NCBI GenBank assembly: GCA_003349885.1
Contig: QFXC01000002.1
Coordinates: 3,850 to 67,849, forward strand
Reading direction: 5' to 3'
From: an endosymbiont of Galathealinum brachiosum
Lineage (GTDB): Bacteria; Pseudomonadota; Gammaproteobacteria; SZUA-229
DNA length: 64,000 nt
Of the stretch, positions 1 through 10,507 are shown piece after piece (the first letter of the stretch is position 1; every line of letters starts with the position of its first letter). Under the pieces are notes generated by a model. The model saw only the letters and a list, made by a program, of their open reading frames with translations, was not told the origin of the DNA and made no database searches. The translations under genes were made by a program, and so were the position numbers.

Positions 1-529
1 CAGACATCAATCGTTTCACTACCTGATTCTTTAGTTTTACTAAATGAATGAGCGACTTCTCTGGGAAACAACAGAATATCACCCGTAGAAGCTTTAATAT
101 GCTGAGAAGAATTATCAATATGTAACCAGCACTTTCCATGTGAAATCATATGGAAAGTAATGCCTTTGTATTCCTGATGAATAGACCAGTCACCATAATA
201 TTGGGCATTATGAAAAATAGAAGCAGAGAGACGAAATGTACTTAATAAATCACTTAATAAATCCATTAATCAATTCCAGAACAAAGACGAATTATCATAT
301 TTAGCCGATGTTTAATTATATCTATATGTTTAAATAGTTTTAACATACGTTTCTAATGAATTGTAGATTTATAATATATAAAAGCAAGCTTCTACAATAT
401 CGATACGATAAACCTCTGTAGTACTCAATAAAGACGATTAAACATAAAGCTTCGACGATCACACATAGAGCCAACCAGGTATAACTCATATTATTAAGTC
501 TAGTTAATAAACTACATGAGGCGATACCA

Positions 530-1171
530 ATGAAACACATCAATACACCATCATCCAGCAGAAAATTTAAGCGCAGTATTATTTCTGCTGCATTAATAAC
601 CATAACATCTTCATTTATTCTTCCATTAAATGCGATTGCAGATGATGGTATGGCGAAATATAACAGTAAGAATGAATTAATACGCCCATCAGGGTTTCGT
701 GAATGGATATATGTAGGTACCCCCCTTACGCCTAATGACATGAATAATGGGAAAGCCGCTTTTCCAGAATTTCACAATGTTTACATTTCACCTGACAGCT
801 GGAAACACTGGAAAAAAACTGGAAAATTCAAGGACGGCACAGTGATAATAAAAGAACTGGTTAGTGTTGGTAGTAAATCAGCAGCAAGTGGTAAAGGGTA
901 TTTCATGGGTGAATATCTGGGTTTAGAAGCCTTAATAAAAGACAGCAAGCGTTTCTCAAAAGAAGTGGGAAACTGGGCATTCTTTAGCTTCTCTTCACCT
1001 GACCATAAAACATTAGCTTCATCTGCCAAAGCTCAACCAGAAGCGAGCTGCAGCACCTGTCATCAGGCAAATGCCAATGATGACTTAGTGTTCACAAAGT
1101 ATTACCCCGTACTTCGTGCAGGTAAAGCAACAGGTGAAAAAGCGACCGGAGGAGTAGATTCAAAATTATAA
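530..1171 (+). CDS. cytochrome P460-family haem protein (periplasmic, signal peptide)
   Basis: N-terminal hydrophobic signal; single CSTCH haem-binding motif near C-terminus, ~190 aa mature length typical of cytochrome P460 family; identified by motif recall only. Confidence 0.5.
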   Translation: MKHINTPSSSRKFKRSIISAALITITSSFILPLNAIADDGMAKYNSKNELIRPSGFREWIYVGTPLTPNDMNNGKAAFPEFHNVYISPDSWKHWKKTGKFKDGTVIIKELVSVGSKSAASGKGYFMGEYLGLEALIKDSKRFSKEVGNWAFFSFSSPDHKTLASSAKAQPEASCSTCHQANANDDLVFTKYYPVLRAGKATGEKATGGVDSKL

Positions 1172-1191
1172 TTTTTTCTTAATTTAAAAAT

Positions 1192-1242
1192 AAGGATTTT
1201 ACGGATCATTCATGTAATGATTTGTAAAATCCTGCCTTTTTA
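1192..1242 (+). terminator. hairpin + T-run downstream of P460-like gene
   Basis: inverted repeat aggattttac...gtaaaatcct followed by cctttttaag directly after stop codon at 1171. Confidence 0.4.
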
Positions 1243-1261
1243 AGATAAAAAGGAGTAGATA

Positions 1262-2050
1262 ATGAAACTAGAAACTATAAAGTTATATTTAATATTAATC
1301 GCATTAATTACAGGCTTCAGCATTGGACTTTATCTGATTATTTTATTAAATACATCAGGTCTGACACCAGAAGCCTCACCCATTTCTACTGCAGCTAATT
1401 ACATGTTAGATAATCAGTGTAATAGCTGTCATTTTAATATTAAACAAAAAACAATAACAGCGGAGGATTACGCAGCGAACCATAATGATTTACACATAGA
1501 AAAAGAGTATTTAAATGCATATTTAACAGCCATTAAGGTTAGCAACAATCTGTCAGATAGAATAAAAAAAAGTAACAACTCACTAATAAAGGGAGAACAA
1601 CTTGCAGAAAAGCATCGCTGCTTTACCTGTCATGGTTTATATGGTCAGGGTGGACAGGCTAACAAAGGCGCATTAAAAAACTATATACCAGGCTGGTTCG
1701 GAAACGACTTTGATCTACTTACTAATACTGGCAATCATGAAAGCATTCGTGACTGGATTAAAAACGGAACAAATAATAATTTAATTAATGAACCATTTAC
1801 AGGATGGATTGCCAGATATTACCTAAATAAACAAGAAATAAAAATGCTTAAACTTTCAAATATAAACACAATAGATATCGAATTATTAGTCAATTATGTG
1901 AAAGCGATAAGAGAATACGGACCAATGGACGTAGAAACAATATTAGAATATGAAAAAGACTCTATTAAAACTAAATTAGTCAATAAAAACATAACCACGA
2001 AGTCTTTGGTTAATAACACGCCGAAAAATACACATTTTTCCATTTTTTAA
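1262..2050 (+). CDS. di-haem c-type cytochrome, membrane anchored
   Basis: N-terminal TM helix; two CxxCH motifs (CNSCH, CFTCH). Confidence 0.55.
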   Translation: MKLETIKLYLILIALITGFSIGLYLIILLNTSGLTPEASPISTAANYMLDNQCNSCHFNIKQKTITAEDYAANHNDLHIEKEYLNAYLTAIKVSNNLSDRIKKSNNSLIKGEQLAEKHRCFTCHGLYGQGGQANKGALKNYIPGWFGNDFDLLTNTGNHESIRDWIKNGTNNNLINEPFTGWIARYYLNKQEIKMLKLSNINTIDIELLVNYVKAIREYGPMDVETILEYEKDSIKTKLVNKNITTKSLVNNTPKNTHFSIF

Positions 2051-2061
2051 AGAGAAAAACC

Positions 2062-2445
2062 ATGATCACAAAGAAAAGCAATTTCAATGTAAGCACAACT
2101 ATAAATCGTCTTGAAAATATTTTAAATAAAAAAGGAATTAAAATAGTAGCAAAAATAGATCATACTACTGCAGCTGCATCTGTCGACATGGAATTGCGCC
2201 CAACTCAATTAATAATATTTGGTAACCCAAAAATTGGCACGCCATTAATGCAACACAATCAATTAACTGGTCTTGAATTACCAATGAAAGTTTTAGCGTG
2301 GGAAGATAAAGATGGTGACACATGGGTAGGATATCACCAAACTAAAAATATCATTAATAATCTGGGAATACAATACATCCCTGAGATAACCAATAAAATA
2401 TCATCAGCACTAGATAACCTGACTGATTATGCAATCAGAGACTAA
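2062..2445 (+). CDS. DUF302 domain protein
   Basis: KIDHTTAA...LIIFGNPKIGTPLM...LPMKVLAWEDKDG matches DUF302 signature from memory. Confidence 0.55.
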   Translation: MITKKSNFNVSTTINRLENILNKKGIKIVAKIDHTTAAASVDMELRPTQLIIFGNPKIGTPLMQHNQLTGLELPMKVLAWEDKDGDTWVGYHQTKNIINNLGIQYIPEITNKISSALDNLTDYAIRD

Positions 2446-2481
2446 ACACGGTAACTATAACGCTGATCAGGCATATCAAAA

Positions 2482-3162
2482 TTAAATTTCATTTTCAATC
2501 ACAGGTTTAAAGAATAGAGATGCAAATTTTATCGCATCCATTAAATTAAATACTTCTCTATTCTCTAAATCTTCATTCAACCAGCCAGAACAAACATCCT
2601 CTCCCTTTAGAAAAACCATCTCACCACACAAACTATTCGCGCAACAACAACTACCTGAAGCACTCCCCCAGTTGATACCAAAACACAGGTCTGTAACTTC
2701 ATCTAAGTTTAAAATATTAAATGCAGACTGTTTTACACAAACCCTTTCATCCGTTACATGGCATTTAGATGTAATTTCAACCGGTTTATTAAACATAGGG
2801 CTAACAGCTAAAGCATCTAATGCACACATACTGTTTAACTGATACCCGTTAACAGATAACTGATGAACACGTGACTCCATCGTAAATGGATAGGCCCCTA
2901 TCGGTTCACCTATCTCATCAAACACAACCAGATCTTTCTCTTTGAAAAGCTCAATCACTTCTTCAATACTGTCAACTCGACTTATTATTTCTGCCCGATT
3001 TAAACTACGCCCAATATCAATGTATGAAAATAAAATCTCCTGATATAGCCGATTCATTAATGGAGACAACGATAACTGACTTTGTTTAAGTGGCAGAATG
3101 TTATTAAGTCTTTTAACCGCAATATTTATTTTATCTTCACGGGCAGTAGAAAACCGGCTCAT
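2482..3162 (-). CDS. HTH + organomercurial lyase (MerB)-family protein
   Basis: NSMCALDALAV matches MerB active-site Cys96/Asp99 block (AWCALDTL); downstream Cys cluster GSCCCANS at position of MerB Cys159; collinear similarity to R831b MerB over ~120 aa. Confidence 0.55.
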   Translation of the reverse strand: MSRFSTAREDKINIAVKRLNNILPLKQSQLSLSPLMNRLYQEILFSYIDIGRSLNRAEIISRVDSIEEVIELFKEKDLVVFDEIGEPIGAYPFTMESRVHQLSVNGYQLNSMCALDALAVSPMFNKPVEITSKCHVTDERVCVKQSAFNILNLDEVTDLCFGINWGSASGSCCCANSLCGEMVFLKGEDVCSGWLNEDLENREVFNLMDAIKFASLFFKPVIENEI

Positions 3163-3165
3163 ATT

Positions 3166-4116
3166 TTAACTTCCAAACCAGAACGCCATATTTTTATCCA
3201 GAAACTCTTCATAACTCATATAATGTGAGCCATCACATGAAAAATTTAAACCCACCATTCCATTAACAACATTCAATGAAGCAGCACGTAAATAAATAGT
3301 TTCATCGGCAAAACGTAAGGCTTTAAACTGCTGAAATATCTGTGAAATTTTTTCTGGTTTTACAATGGCTTTGTCAAAATACTCCTGCTGACGATAAGCA
3401 AGACAAATATCCGGATCACTAAGCTCATCGAAATTTAATATATGATAACTATACGGATTATCAACTAACCAGAATGTGGCTCGACTACTTGAGAAATGCA
3501 ATTTTGCATGAAAAATTCCTCTGGTTAAAACAAGCTCTTCCACCAGACTCAGCACATCATCAATTTGTGCATCCATTGCACTTTGTGTACGCTGCTGTGA
3601 AAACAGGCCGCTTCGAATAGCCGGGTCACCTTTTACCTGTAACCAGATTTTTTCATCTTCTGACTCTTCAACGGTATGCGGTAATTCACGCAAATCAAAA
3701 TCAGCCCCCAGAAAACCGATTGCATTCCCATCTGCATCAACAATGGCCTTTACTGCAGTTAAAGATGGGCGTTTACGATTACGACTTATATACGCTTCTG
3801 ACAGGTAATAATCATCACCTTTTAAAGCACGCTGTAAGTAAGGCCGTGCGATACGGTCACGGCCAACTTGCCCGTCTTTAAAACCGGTGCGGGTAACATC
3901 TTCAGTTATCTGTATGCCGTGCTGATCAACAACCCATAAATACTTACAATATTGGGCTTTACCCATTTCTGCTGTAAGCAGGGTTTCCAGCGCTTTACGG
4001 TCATCCATAATGGAAGCGCAATCCGTCGCCATTTCTGACATTGAATCAAATAGTAATTCCGCAAGCATGTTTCGCTGCTTACTAACCGTTTTCTGTAGTG
4101 TGGTTTCGTTAATCAT
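3166..4116 (-). CDS. cytoplasmic Cache/PDC-like sensor domain protein
   Basis: YLSEAYISRNRKRPSLTAVKAIVDADGNAIGFLGADFDL resembles the Cache/PDC ligand-binding signature (Y.SdpYiS...P.it...pi.d..G..iGvlg.D.dl); stop/start 4 bp from MerB-like gene (operon). Confidence 0.45.
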   Translation of the reverse strand: MINETTLQKTVSKQRNMLAELLFDSMSEMATDCASIMDDRKALETLLTAEMGKAQYCKYLWVVDQHGIQITEDVTRTGFKDGQVGRDRIARPYLQRALKGDDYYLSEAYISRNRKRPSLTAVKAIVDADGNAIGFLGADFDLRELPHTVEESEDEKIWLQVKGDPAIRSGLFSQQRTQSAMDAQIDDVLSLVEELVLTRGIFHAKLHFSSSRATFWLVDNPYSYHILNFDELSDPDICLAYRQQEYFDKAIVKPEKISQIFQQFKALRFADETIYLRAASLNVVNGMVGLNFSCDGSHYMSYEEFLDKNMAFWFGS

Positions 4117-4258
4117 GGCTTATTCTAACCTGATTTATTTAAGCATACCCACATCTATTCCAGAATTTCTTATATCTGTGAAGGAGCAATCAACCGTAAT
4201 GATAGATTAACTCCGATTCATATGACTAAATTGAGATACGTCAATAACAACATTACAG

Positions 4259-5062
4259 TTAATCCACCCTTTCCATTCGCTCCCTCAGTTTAATCAGCAT
4301 CTTTTGAGTTTCAGCCAGTTCTTTCAACATTTCATCATGTGAAATTGGCTGACGCAGTTTTTCAAGCTGTTCAACTTTTGCTTCTTCCAGATTATTTAAT
4401 ACCACCGCTATAAATAAATTAACAATGACAAACGTACCAACAAATATGAAGCTAATAAAGTATACCCAGGCCCATTCATAATGTTCCATCGCGGTGTACA
4501 TTACATCTGTCCAGTCTTCCAGTGTAACCACTCGAAACAGGGTAAGCGCTGCAACTCCCAGATGCCCCCAGTGCTGAGGGTCATGAGTATGAAACAGGTG
4601 ATAACCTGCAATGGCATAAACATAAAAAATAATAGACATTAACAACATCACATGTCCCATGCTGGGAATACTGCGCATAAGTGTGGAAACAATCAGGCGT
4701 AGTTTCGGCAATGTTGATATTAACCTTAACACCCTGAGCAAACGAGCTAGCCGGGCAACCATCGCCAGCTCACCTGTTGCAGGGATTAATGAAAGCACTA
4801 TCACACTAAAATCAAACAGATTCCAGCCGTCACCAAAATACAGCTTCAGTCGTGGTACAACAGCGCTTATTTTTAACATTGCCTCAATAATAAACGACAT
4901 CAGAATAAACTGATGAGCCAATTCAAACCAGTATCCGTATTTACTTACCAAATCAGGATCAGTTTCCAAACCAAGAATAAGTGCATTTAATAGAATCAGG
5001 GAAATGATTATTTTTTCGAAAATGGCCGACTTGACCAGTTTATATATTTCAATTTGTAACAT
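4259..5062 (-). CDS. single-domain voltage-gated ion channel (BacNaV/NaChBac-like, Ion_trans family)
   Basis: 6-TM layout; S4 arginine ladder LARLLRVLRLISTLPKLR; pore helix/filter TLFRVVTLEDWTDVMY. Confidence 0.7.
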   Translation of the reverse strand: MLQIEIYKLVKSAIFEKIIISLILLNALILGLETDPDLVSKYGYWFELAHQFILMSFIIEAMLKISAVVPRLKLYFGDGWNLFDFSVIVLSLIPATGELAMVARLARLLRVLRLISTLPKLRLIVSTLMRSIPSMGHVMLLMSIIFYVYAIAGYHLFHTHDPQHWGHLGVAALTLFRVVTLEDWTDVMYTAMEHYEWAWVYFISFIFVGTFVIVNLFIAVVLNNLEEAKVEQLEKLRQPISHDEMLKELAETQKMLIKLRERMERVD

Positions 5063-5317
5063 AGGGGGTTCTAAATTAGTTGTTTCGTTAAATAGGGGTA
5101 TTTTTTATCGGAAAGATGGAAGCTTTAAACGCGCTAATCACTGCTTTACCAATAGATACTTTTCGAGAATGACGAGAATTTAAAAAATATAGATAAAATG
5201 AAATTTAGATGTCTTAATTCATGTTTTTATTCAATAAAATAATTAGCGACACTGTCATCCCCGGATGCGTCCATCGAAGATACAGTGCCCCTAAAACACA
5301 TTATATCTGCTTATAAA

Positions 5318-5989
5318 TTAATCATCCCCTCCCATTACTCCAAGCAAGTGAAGCAAACTGGTAAACAGATTAAATATAGAAACATATAATGTAACCGTAG
5401 CCATAATATAATTAGTTTCACCACCATGAATTAATTCACTGGTCTGATACAAAATAAGACCCGACATTAACAACACAAACATGGCCGATACGGTTAATGA
5501 TAAAGCGGGCATTTCTAAAAATACTGCCGCTAACCCGGTGAAGAAAGCCACTAGAATACCCACCATCAGAAAACCACTCATAAAACTAAAGTTTTTACGA
5601 CTGCTTAATGCATAAGCCGATAGAGATAGAAAAATAATGCCGGTTGCACCCATTGCTGTCATCACTATCTGCCCACCATTAGGTAATGCAAGATAACTAT
5701 TTAGAACAGGCCCCAGGGTGTATCCCATAAAACCGGTGAGAGCAAAGACAAAACCCAGACCTTTAGCACTATGACGAAATTTGGTGGTTAAAAACAACAG
5801 ACCAAAATACCCACCCAATGTTAATAACAACCCCGGGTGAGGTAAATTAAGCGACATAGAAACACCCGCCACCAATGCACTGAAAAGCAAAGTCATAGAC
5901 AGCAGGTTATATGTATTTCTAATAACTTTATTAGTCGCGAGCGTTGTGCTCTGGTTATAAGTTGCCGTGTTATTACTTACATCATTCAC
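5318..5989 (-). CDS. Bax inhibitor-1/YccA family inner-membrane protein
   Basis: 7 predicted TM helices, ~220 aa, C-terminal charged tail; family assignment by overall architecture. Confidence 0.5.
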   Translation of the reverse strand: MNDVSNNTATYNQSTTLATNKVIRNTYNLLSMTLLFSALVAGVSMSLNLPHPGLLLTLGGYFGLLFLTTKFRHSAKGLGFVFALTGFMGYTLGPVLNSYLALPNGGQIVMTAMGATGIIFLSLSAYALSSRKNFSFMSGFLMVGILVAFFTGLAAVFLEMPALSLTVSAMFVLLMSGLILYQTSELIHGGETNYIMATVTLYVSIFNLFTSLLHLLGVMGGDD

Positions 5990-5990
5990 T

Positions 5991-6380
5991 TTATAAACCC
6001 CTGTTCATTTCATTTACTGTTTCATCAGTAACCGGTTGCTCAATTTCAAATGCTTTTGTATTCGCCTGTTTTGATAATGTGTGCTGGCGATCAATTTTAC
6101 GTATCAGCGTTCTACCCGCTCGTTCAATCGCCCTGTTAATAGCAACATACATGTCAGACTCTGTATCTTCGATTACAACATCAGGCAATCCCGCAAGCAC
6201 GACCTGTACATGACAATGCATATCTGATCCCCCTCGTGGACCATTAACATCAGATAACCGCATTACAATTTTCTGTATATGCTCATCACAGCAGGTTAAT
6301 GTAAAACGTAATTTACGCTCAGCATGATTACGTAGAGCATCAGTCAGTGAAAAATGGCGTGCCTGTATATCAATTTGCAT
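5991..6380 (-). CDS. hpf: ribosome hibernation promoting factor (HPF/RaiA family); real start probably at MQIDIQ (6380), not 6422
   Basis: MQIDIQARHFSLTDALRNHAERKLRF parallels HPF N-terminus (MQLNITGHNVEITEALREYVETKFAKLERHF). Confidence 0.55.
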   Translation of the reverse strand: MQIDIQARHFSLTDALRNHAERKLRFTLTCCDEHIQKIVMRLSDVNGPRGGSDMHCHVQVVLAGLPDVVIEDTESDMYVAINRAIERAGRTLIRKIDRQHTLSKQANTKAFEIEQPVTDETVNEMNRGL

Positions 6381-6500
6381 ATAGCCCTCCTCAGAACTTG
6401 TTTTATGCCTAATATAAAACAATAATAATTTCCTTTGACAGTAAAGAAAATTCGATTAATATTGTAATTATGCTCGAAAATACCGAAGTGACTTACAGCT

Positions 6501-7403
6501 ATGGTTAATTACAAACATCTACATTATTTCTGGGCAGTTGCCCGTGAAGGCGGCGTTGCCCGTGCCAGTGAACGCCTGCACCTGACACCTCAAACGATTA
6601 GCGGACAACTTAACGTACTAGAGAAACACCTTGGTGTAGAGCTGTTTACACGGGTTGGTCGTAATCTGGAACTAACGGAAAATGGACGACTCGTCCTGAG
6701 TTATGCCAATGAGATTTTTTCCCTTGGTAGTGAGCTTGAGGAGGTTTTACATCAGTTACCTGATGAGCGCCCCCAGTTATTTCGTGTCGGGGTGGTCGAT
6801 GTATTGCCGAAGTCAATTGCCCATCAAATTTTAAAACCGGCTTTGCAAATGTCCGATCCCGTTCGCATGAACTGCCGTGAAGCCAGTTTGGATACACTAT
6901 TAGCAGAACTGGCTGTACATCATCTGGATCTGGTTCTGGCTGACTGCCCTATTCCATCAACCGTCAGTACACGGGGTTTCAGTCACAAACTTGGCGAGTG
7001 CGAGGTGAGTTTCTTTGCAACAGATAAAATCATAAAAACACTCAAGGGTGACTTTCCCCAGTGTCTGGATGGCGCTCCCATGCTTTTACCCAGCAGCGGA
7101 ACACAGTTACGATCGGGCATTGATAAGTGGCTGAATAAACTGCGAATTCATCCCCGTACAGTTGCCGAGTTTGACGATAGTGCATTAATGAAAGCCTTTG
7201 GAAAAGAAGGCTCCGGCATTTTCATTGCTCCGGCCGTTATTGAAAAGGAAGTAGAGTTACAGTATCAGGTTTCTTTAATTGGCAGAACGGATGAAGTTAA
7301 AGAACAATTTTATGCAATATCTGTAGAACGCAAAGTCAAACATCCAGTCGTTTGTGCCGTGATTGATGCGGCCAGTGAAAGGTTATTTATTAACCATAAA
7401 TAA
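6501..7403 (+). CDS. nhaR: LysR-family transcriptional regulator, NhaR-like
   Basis: N-terminal HTH NYKHLHYFWAVAREGGVARASERLHLTPQTISGQL closely parallels E. coli NhaR; immediately upstream of nhaA. Confidence 0.7.
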   Translation: MVNYKHLHYFWAVAREGGVARASERLHLTPQTISGQLNVLEKHLGVELFTRVGRNLELTENGRLVLSYANEIFSLGSELEEVLHQLPDERPQLFRVGVVDVLPKSIAHQILKPALQMSDPVRMNCREASLDTLLAELAVHHLDLVLADCPIPSTVSTRGFSHKLGECEVSFFATDKIIKTLKGDFPQCLDGAPMLLPSSGTQLRSGIDKWLNKLRIHPRTVAEFDDSALMKAFGKEGSGIFIAPAVIEKEVELQYQVSLIGRTDEVKEQFYAISVERKVKHPVVCAVIDAASERLFINHK

Positions 7404-7423
7404 TTAATTAGAGTTTAAAAATT

Positions 7424-8794
7424 ATGAAAATAAGAAATATGAAGACAGGTGTTTATAACGCTCGCTGGGAAAAAAGTTTTGATAAAATTTTAACTCCATT
7501 TGATGAATTTATTCATCGCCAGACAACCAGTGGATTACTCTTAATGGCAATGGCTGTAATCGCCCTTATACTGGCAAATGGCCCATTTGCAGATGCCTAT
7601 TTACATTTCATCCATACACCGGTCAGTGTTGAAGTTGGCAGCTGGTCATTAGGAATGAGCCTGCACCACTGGATTAACGATGCCCTGATGGCACTGTTTT
7701 TCTTTGTTGTCGGACTGGAATTGAAACGAGAATTACTGGTTGGAGAACTTGCAAAAATACGTAATGCCACATTACCTATTGCCGCGGCAATAGGTGGTAT
7801 GGTCGTACCTGCATTAATTTATTTTGCTATCAACCCATCAGGCGATGCGGCACTTGGCTGGGGTGTTCCCATGGCTACGGATATTGCATTCGCAATCGGC
7901 GCACTCGCATTACTGGCAAGTCGGGTTCCCAAAGCATTAATTACATTTTTAGTTGCACTGGCTATTGTAGATGACCTGGGCGCTGTGCTGGTTATTGCCA
8001 TATTCTACACTGAAACAATCTCAATGATGCCACTGGCAATAGCCGGTGGTATATTCCTCATGTTGATGATGTTAAATCTGGCTGGAATTCGTAAAACCAC
8101 GCCTTATTTTATTCTTGCAGCATTACTCTGGTATGCATTATTACAATCCGGTGTGCATGCAACGCTGGCAGGTATTTTGGGTGCGCTCTCGGTTCCAGCA
8201 ACGCCAAAATATAACCCAGAACGTTTCAGTCAACATGTTAGAGGTTTAATGCAACGCTTTGATGACAGCCACCAACCAGACAAAAGCATTATGACCAATG
8301 ATGCTTTACGCTCGGTAGTACGAACACTTGAAAACGGTGTGCACAGTGTGCAGGCACCTTTACAACGCCTGGAACATGACTGGCATATGCCGGTGGCTTA
8401 TTTAATTATTCCTATTTTTGCACTGGCCAATGCAGGCATACCTTTAGAAATGAGTTCACTCGGTGAAACTTTCAGTCACCCGGTAATGCTCGGTGTTTCT
8501 CTCGGACTTATTCTGGGTAAATTTATCGGTATTACAGGTGCCTGCTGGTTGGTCTTAAAAATGGGCATAGCAGAATTACCCAAGGATACTCGCTTCACTC
8601 AAATTGCCGGGGTTTCATTACTTGCAGGCATTGGTTTTACAATGTCTATCTTTGTCGCACAACTGGGTTTTTCACATAATGAAGATTTATTACTAATGGC
8701 CAAAACAGGCATTCTGTTTGCATCTTTATTAGCTGGTATTAGCGGTTATGTCTGGTTGTATCTGGTAAGTAAACCACAAGGCAACGAATCATAA
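7424..8794 (+). CDS. nhaA: Na+/H+ antiporter NhaA family
   Basis: ~12 TM helices, NhaA-like N-terminal block (ILANGPFADAYLHF), adjacent to nhaR homolog. Confidence 0.7.
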   Translation: MKIRNMKTGVYNARWEKSFDKILTPFDEFIHRQTTSGLLLMAMAVIALILANGPFADAYLHFIHTPVSVEVGSWSLGMSLHHWINDALMALFFFVVGLELKRELLVGELAKIRNATLPIAAAIGGMVVPALIYFAINPSGDAALGWGVPMATDIAFAIGALALLASRVPKALITFLVALAIVDDLGAVLVIAIFYTETISMMPLAIAGGIFLMLMMLNLAGIRKTTPYFILAALLWYALLQSGVHATLAGILGALSVPATPKYNPERFSQHVRGLMQRFDDSHQPDKSIMTNDALRSVVRTLENGVHSVQAPLQRLEHDWHMPVAYLIIPIFALANAGIPLEMSSLGETFSHPVMLGVSLGLILGKFIGITGACWLVLKMGIAELPKDTRFTQIAGVSLLAGIGFTMSIFVAQLGFSHNEDLLLMAKTGILFASLLAGISGYVWLYLVSKPQGNES

Positions 8795-9043
8795 ACTGGA
8801 ATTATTTATAATGTTTTTAAAAAGTTTAAGCTTTTTTTCTATTCGTTTTTATACTGTCTGGTTGTCGCTCTCCCCTTTATATCAATCTGGCTAAAAGCAA
8901 TGATTGAACAGGGGGGAGTTTTGTAAGACGTACGACGCGCTGAAGAAGGAAAAACTGGTTATTTTAATCTGTAGAACCGGTAAGCGAACCAGACAACTAT
9001 CAAGAATGCTAACTGGAAAATACGCTTACACTATAAGCACTGA

Positions 9044-10309
9044 CTATTTTTTCCGGGTTTTCATTAGTGATTCCATCTTTTGAATTAACTCAGGGCTATC
9101 CCACTCAATTGCCGCATTAACACCAAACTTTATCTCTCCATCCAGGCCGATAACAAAGGTAGATGGATAGGTAATAACCTTCCATTGCTTCGCAAAATCA
9201 CCATCATTATCCAGCAAAACAGGATATTCAACATTTACCTGTTTCATAAATCTGGCTATTTTATCTTTATCTTCAGCGTAATTAATTGAAATAAGCTCAA
9301 ACGGCAAGCCATCCATTTTTTCTTTTAAGCGATTTAAAGAGGGAATTTCTTCAACACAGGGCCCGCACCAGGTCGCCCAGAAATTAACCAGTGTAATCTG
9401 ATCTTTAAAATCTTTTTTAACTACCCTGTTGCCGTATACATCAGCAAGCTCAATCGCAATGGGTTTAACATTACCTTTAAACTCTTTAAGGTAAATATCA
9501 ATACCCGAGCCTGATTTGCTACGTGATGACAAAGCGACTGCATTGTCAGGCACTTTATGCTTATCCAGTACTGAAAGCATCTTTACAACATTACGAGGCA
9601 AAGGGCCAGCCTGTTTCAGCATCGCTTTAGAGGGCTCTTCTTTATAAAAAAGACTCATCACTTCAGGCACATATTTAGTGTAAACAGGGTTATCATTTTT
9701 TTGCAGCAATTCCAGTAACGAATCAAACTGACCAATTGCCCCGCTACCTTTTGCCTGATAAATCATAAGGGGAATATTGGTAGAAGAAATAACCGGCATA
9801 TATTCAGGCGCCATACCAAGTGAAGGAATATAAGCGTAGGTATAAGGTGAAAAAAGAATAGCCCCGACAAGATCAGCTTTCGTATTCACTCTTTTCTGCA
9901 ACTGATGCGCACCGGTCAATGCGGCTAAAGCACCATAAGAATCACCCGCCAGTATAATTTTTTTGCCTGTTGTTTTATGAGCATACTCAATAACATCAGC
10001 AATAAAACGACCATCAAGCGACCTTAAAGGTTCTGCCCCTCTAAGCATAAATAACGATTCGATAATATCTGCTTGCCAGACTTCAACACCTGATTCAGAT
10101 AATGACCGGGAAAATAAGGTGTGGGCTTTGCGAAAACCATATTCTGGTGGCAACCAGATAATTAAATATTTTCCATCCGCGGGAAAGGTGTTAACTAAAA
10201 TTTCAGAATCATCAGCTGACGGAACACTAAGCTCATCAGCAATGCTTATTTTGCTTTGAAAAAACAAACTGATAAAAACAAAAACACCCATTAATACAAC
10301 TTTATTCAT
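9044..10309 (-). CDS. secreted alpha/beta-hydrolase fused to C-terminal TlpA/ResA-like thioredoxin domain
   Basis: signal peptide; GDSYG nucleophile elbow; C-terminal LVNFWATWCGPCVEEIP thioredoxin CxxC block. Confidence 0.55.
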   Translation of the reverse strand: MNKVVLMGVFVFISLFFQSKISIADELSVPSADDSEILVNTFPADGKYLIIWLPPEYGFRKAHTLFSRSLSESGVEVWQADIIESLFMLRGAEPLRSLDGRFIADVIEYAHKTTGKKIILAGDSYGALAALTGAHQLQKRVNTKADLVGAILFSPYTYAYIPSLGMAPEYMPVISSTNIPLMIYQAKGSGAIGQFDSLLELLQKNDNPVYTKYVPEVMSLFYKEEPSKAMLKQAGPLPRNVVKMLSVLDKHKVPDNAVALSSRSKSGSGIDIYLKEFKGNVKPIAIELADVYGNRVVKKDFKDQITLVNFWATWCGPCVEEIPSLNRLKEKMDGLPFELISINYAEDKDKIARFMKQVNVEYPVLLDNDGDFAKQWKVITYPSTFVIGLDGEIKFGVNAAIEWDSPELIQKMESLMKTRKK

Positions 10310-10507
10310 AACGCCTCACATCAGGTAATACACATCATCTTAAAGTAATGTCGGCGCCTTGCCAAAGCTATTAAAACTGTCATTGAATTATTGTTATATG
10401 TAACAGTCCGGGTTACTTTATTATCTTATCAGGTATGACAGAACAGACTTTCCAGTAGTATTATAGTTCAATAATAAACTATCTCATAGGTGTTATAAAC
10501 GCGCCTG

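Noticed and set aside
340-741. 133-aa minus-strand ORF overlapping the cytochrome P460-like gene start and upstream AT-rich region
   Set aside because: The product is low-complexity and hydrophobic. It overlaps the better-supported plus-strand gene and its promoter, so it is a likely spurious ORF in AT-rich DNA.
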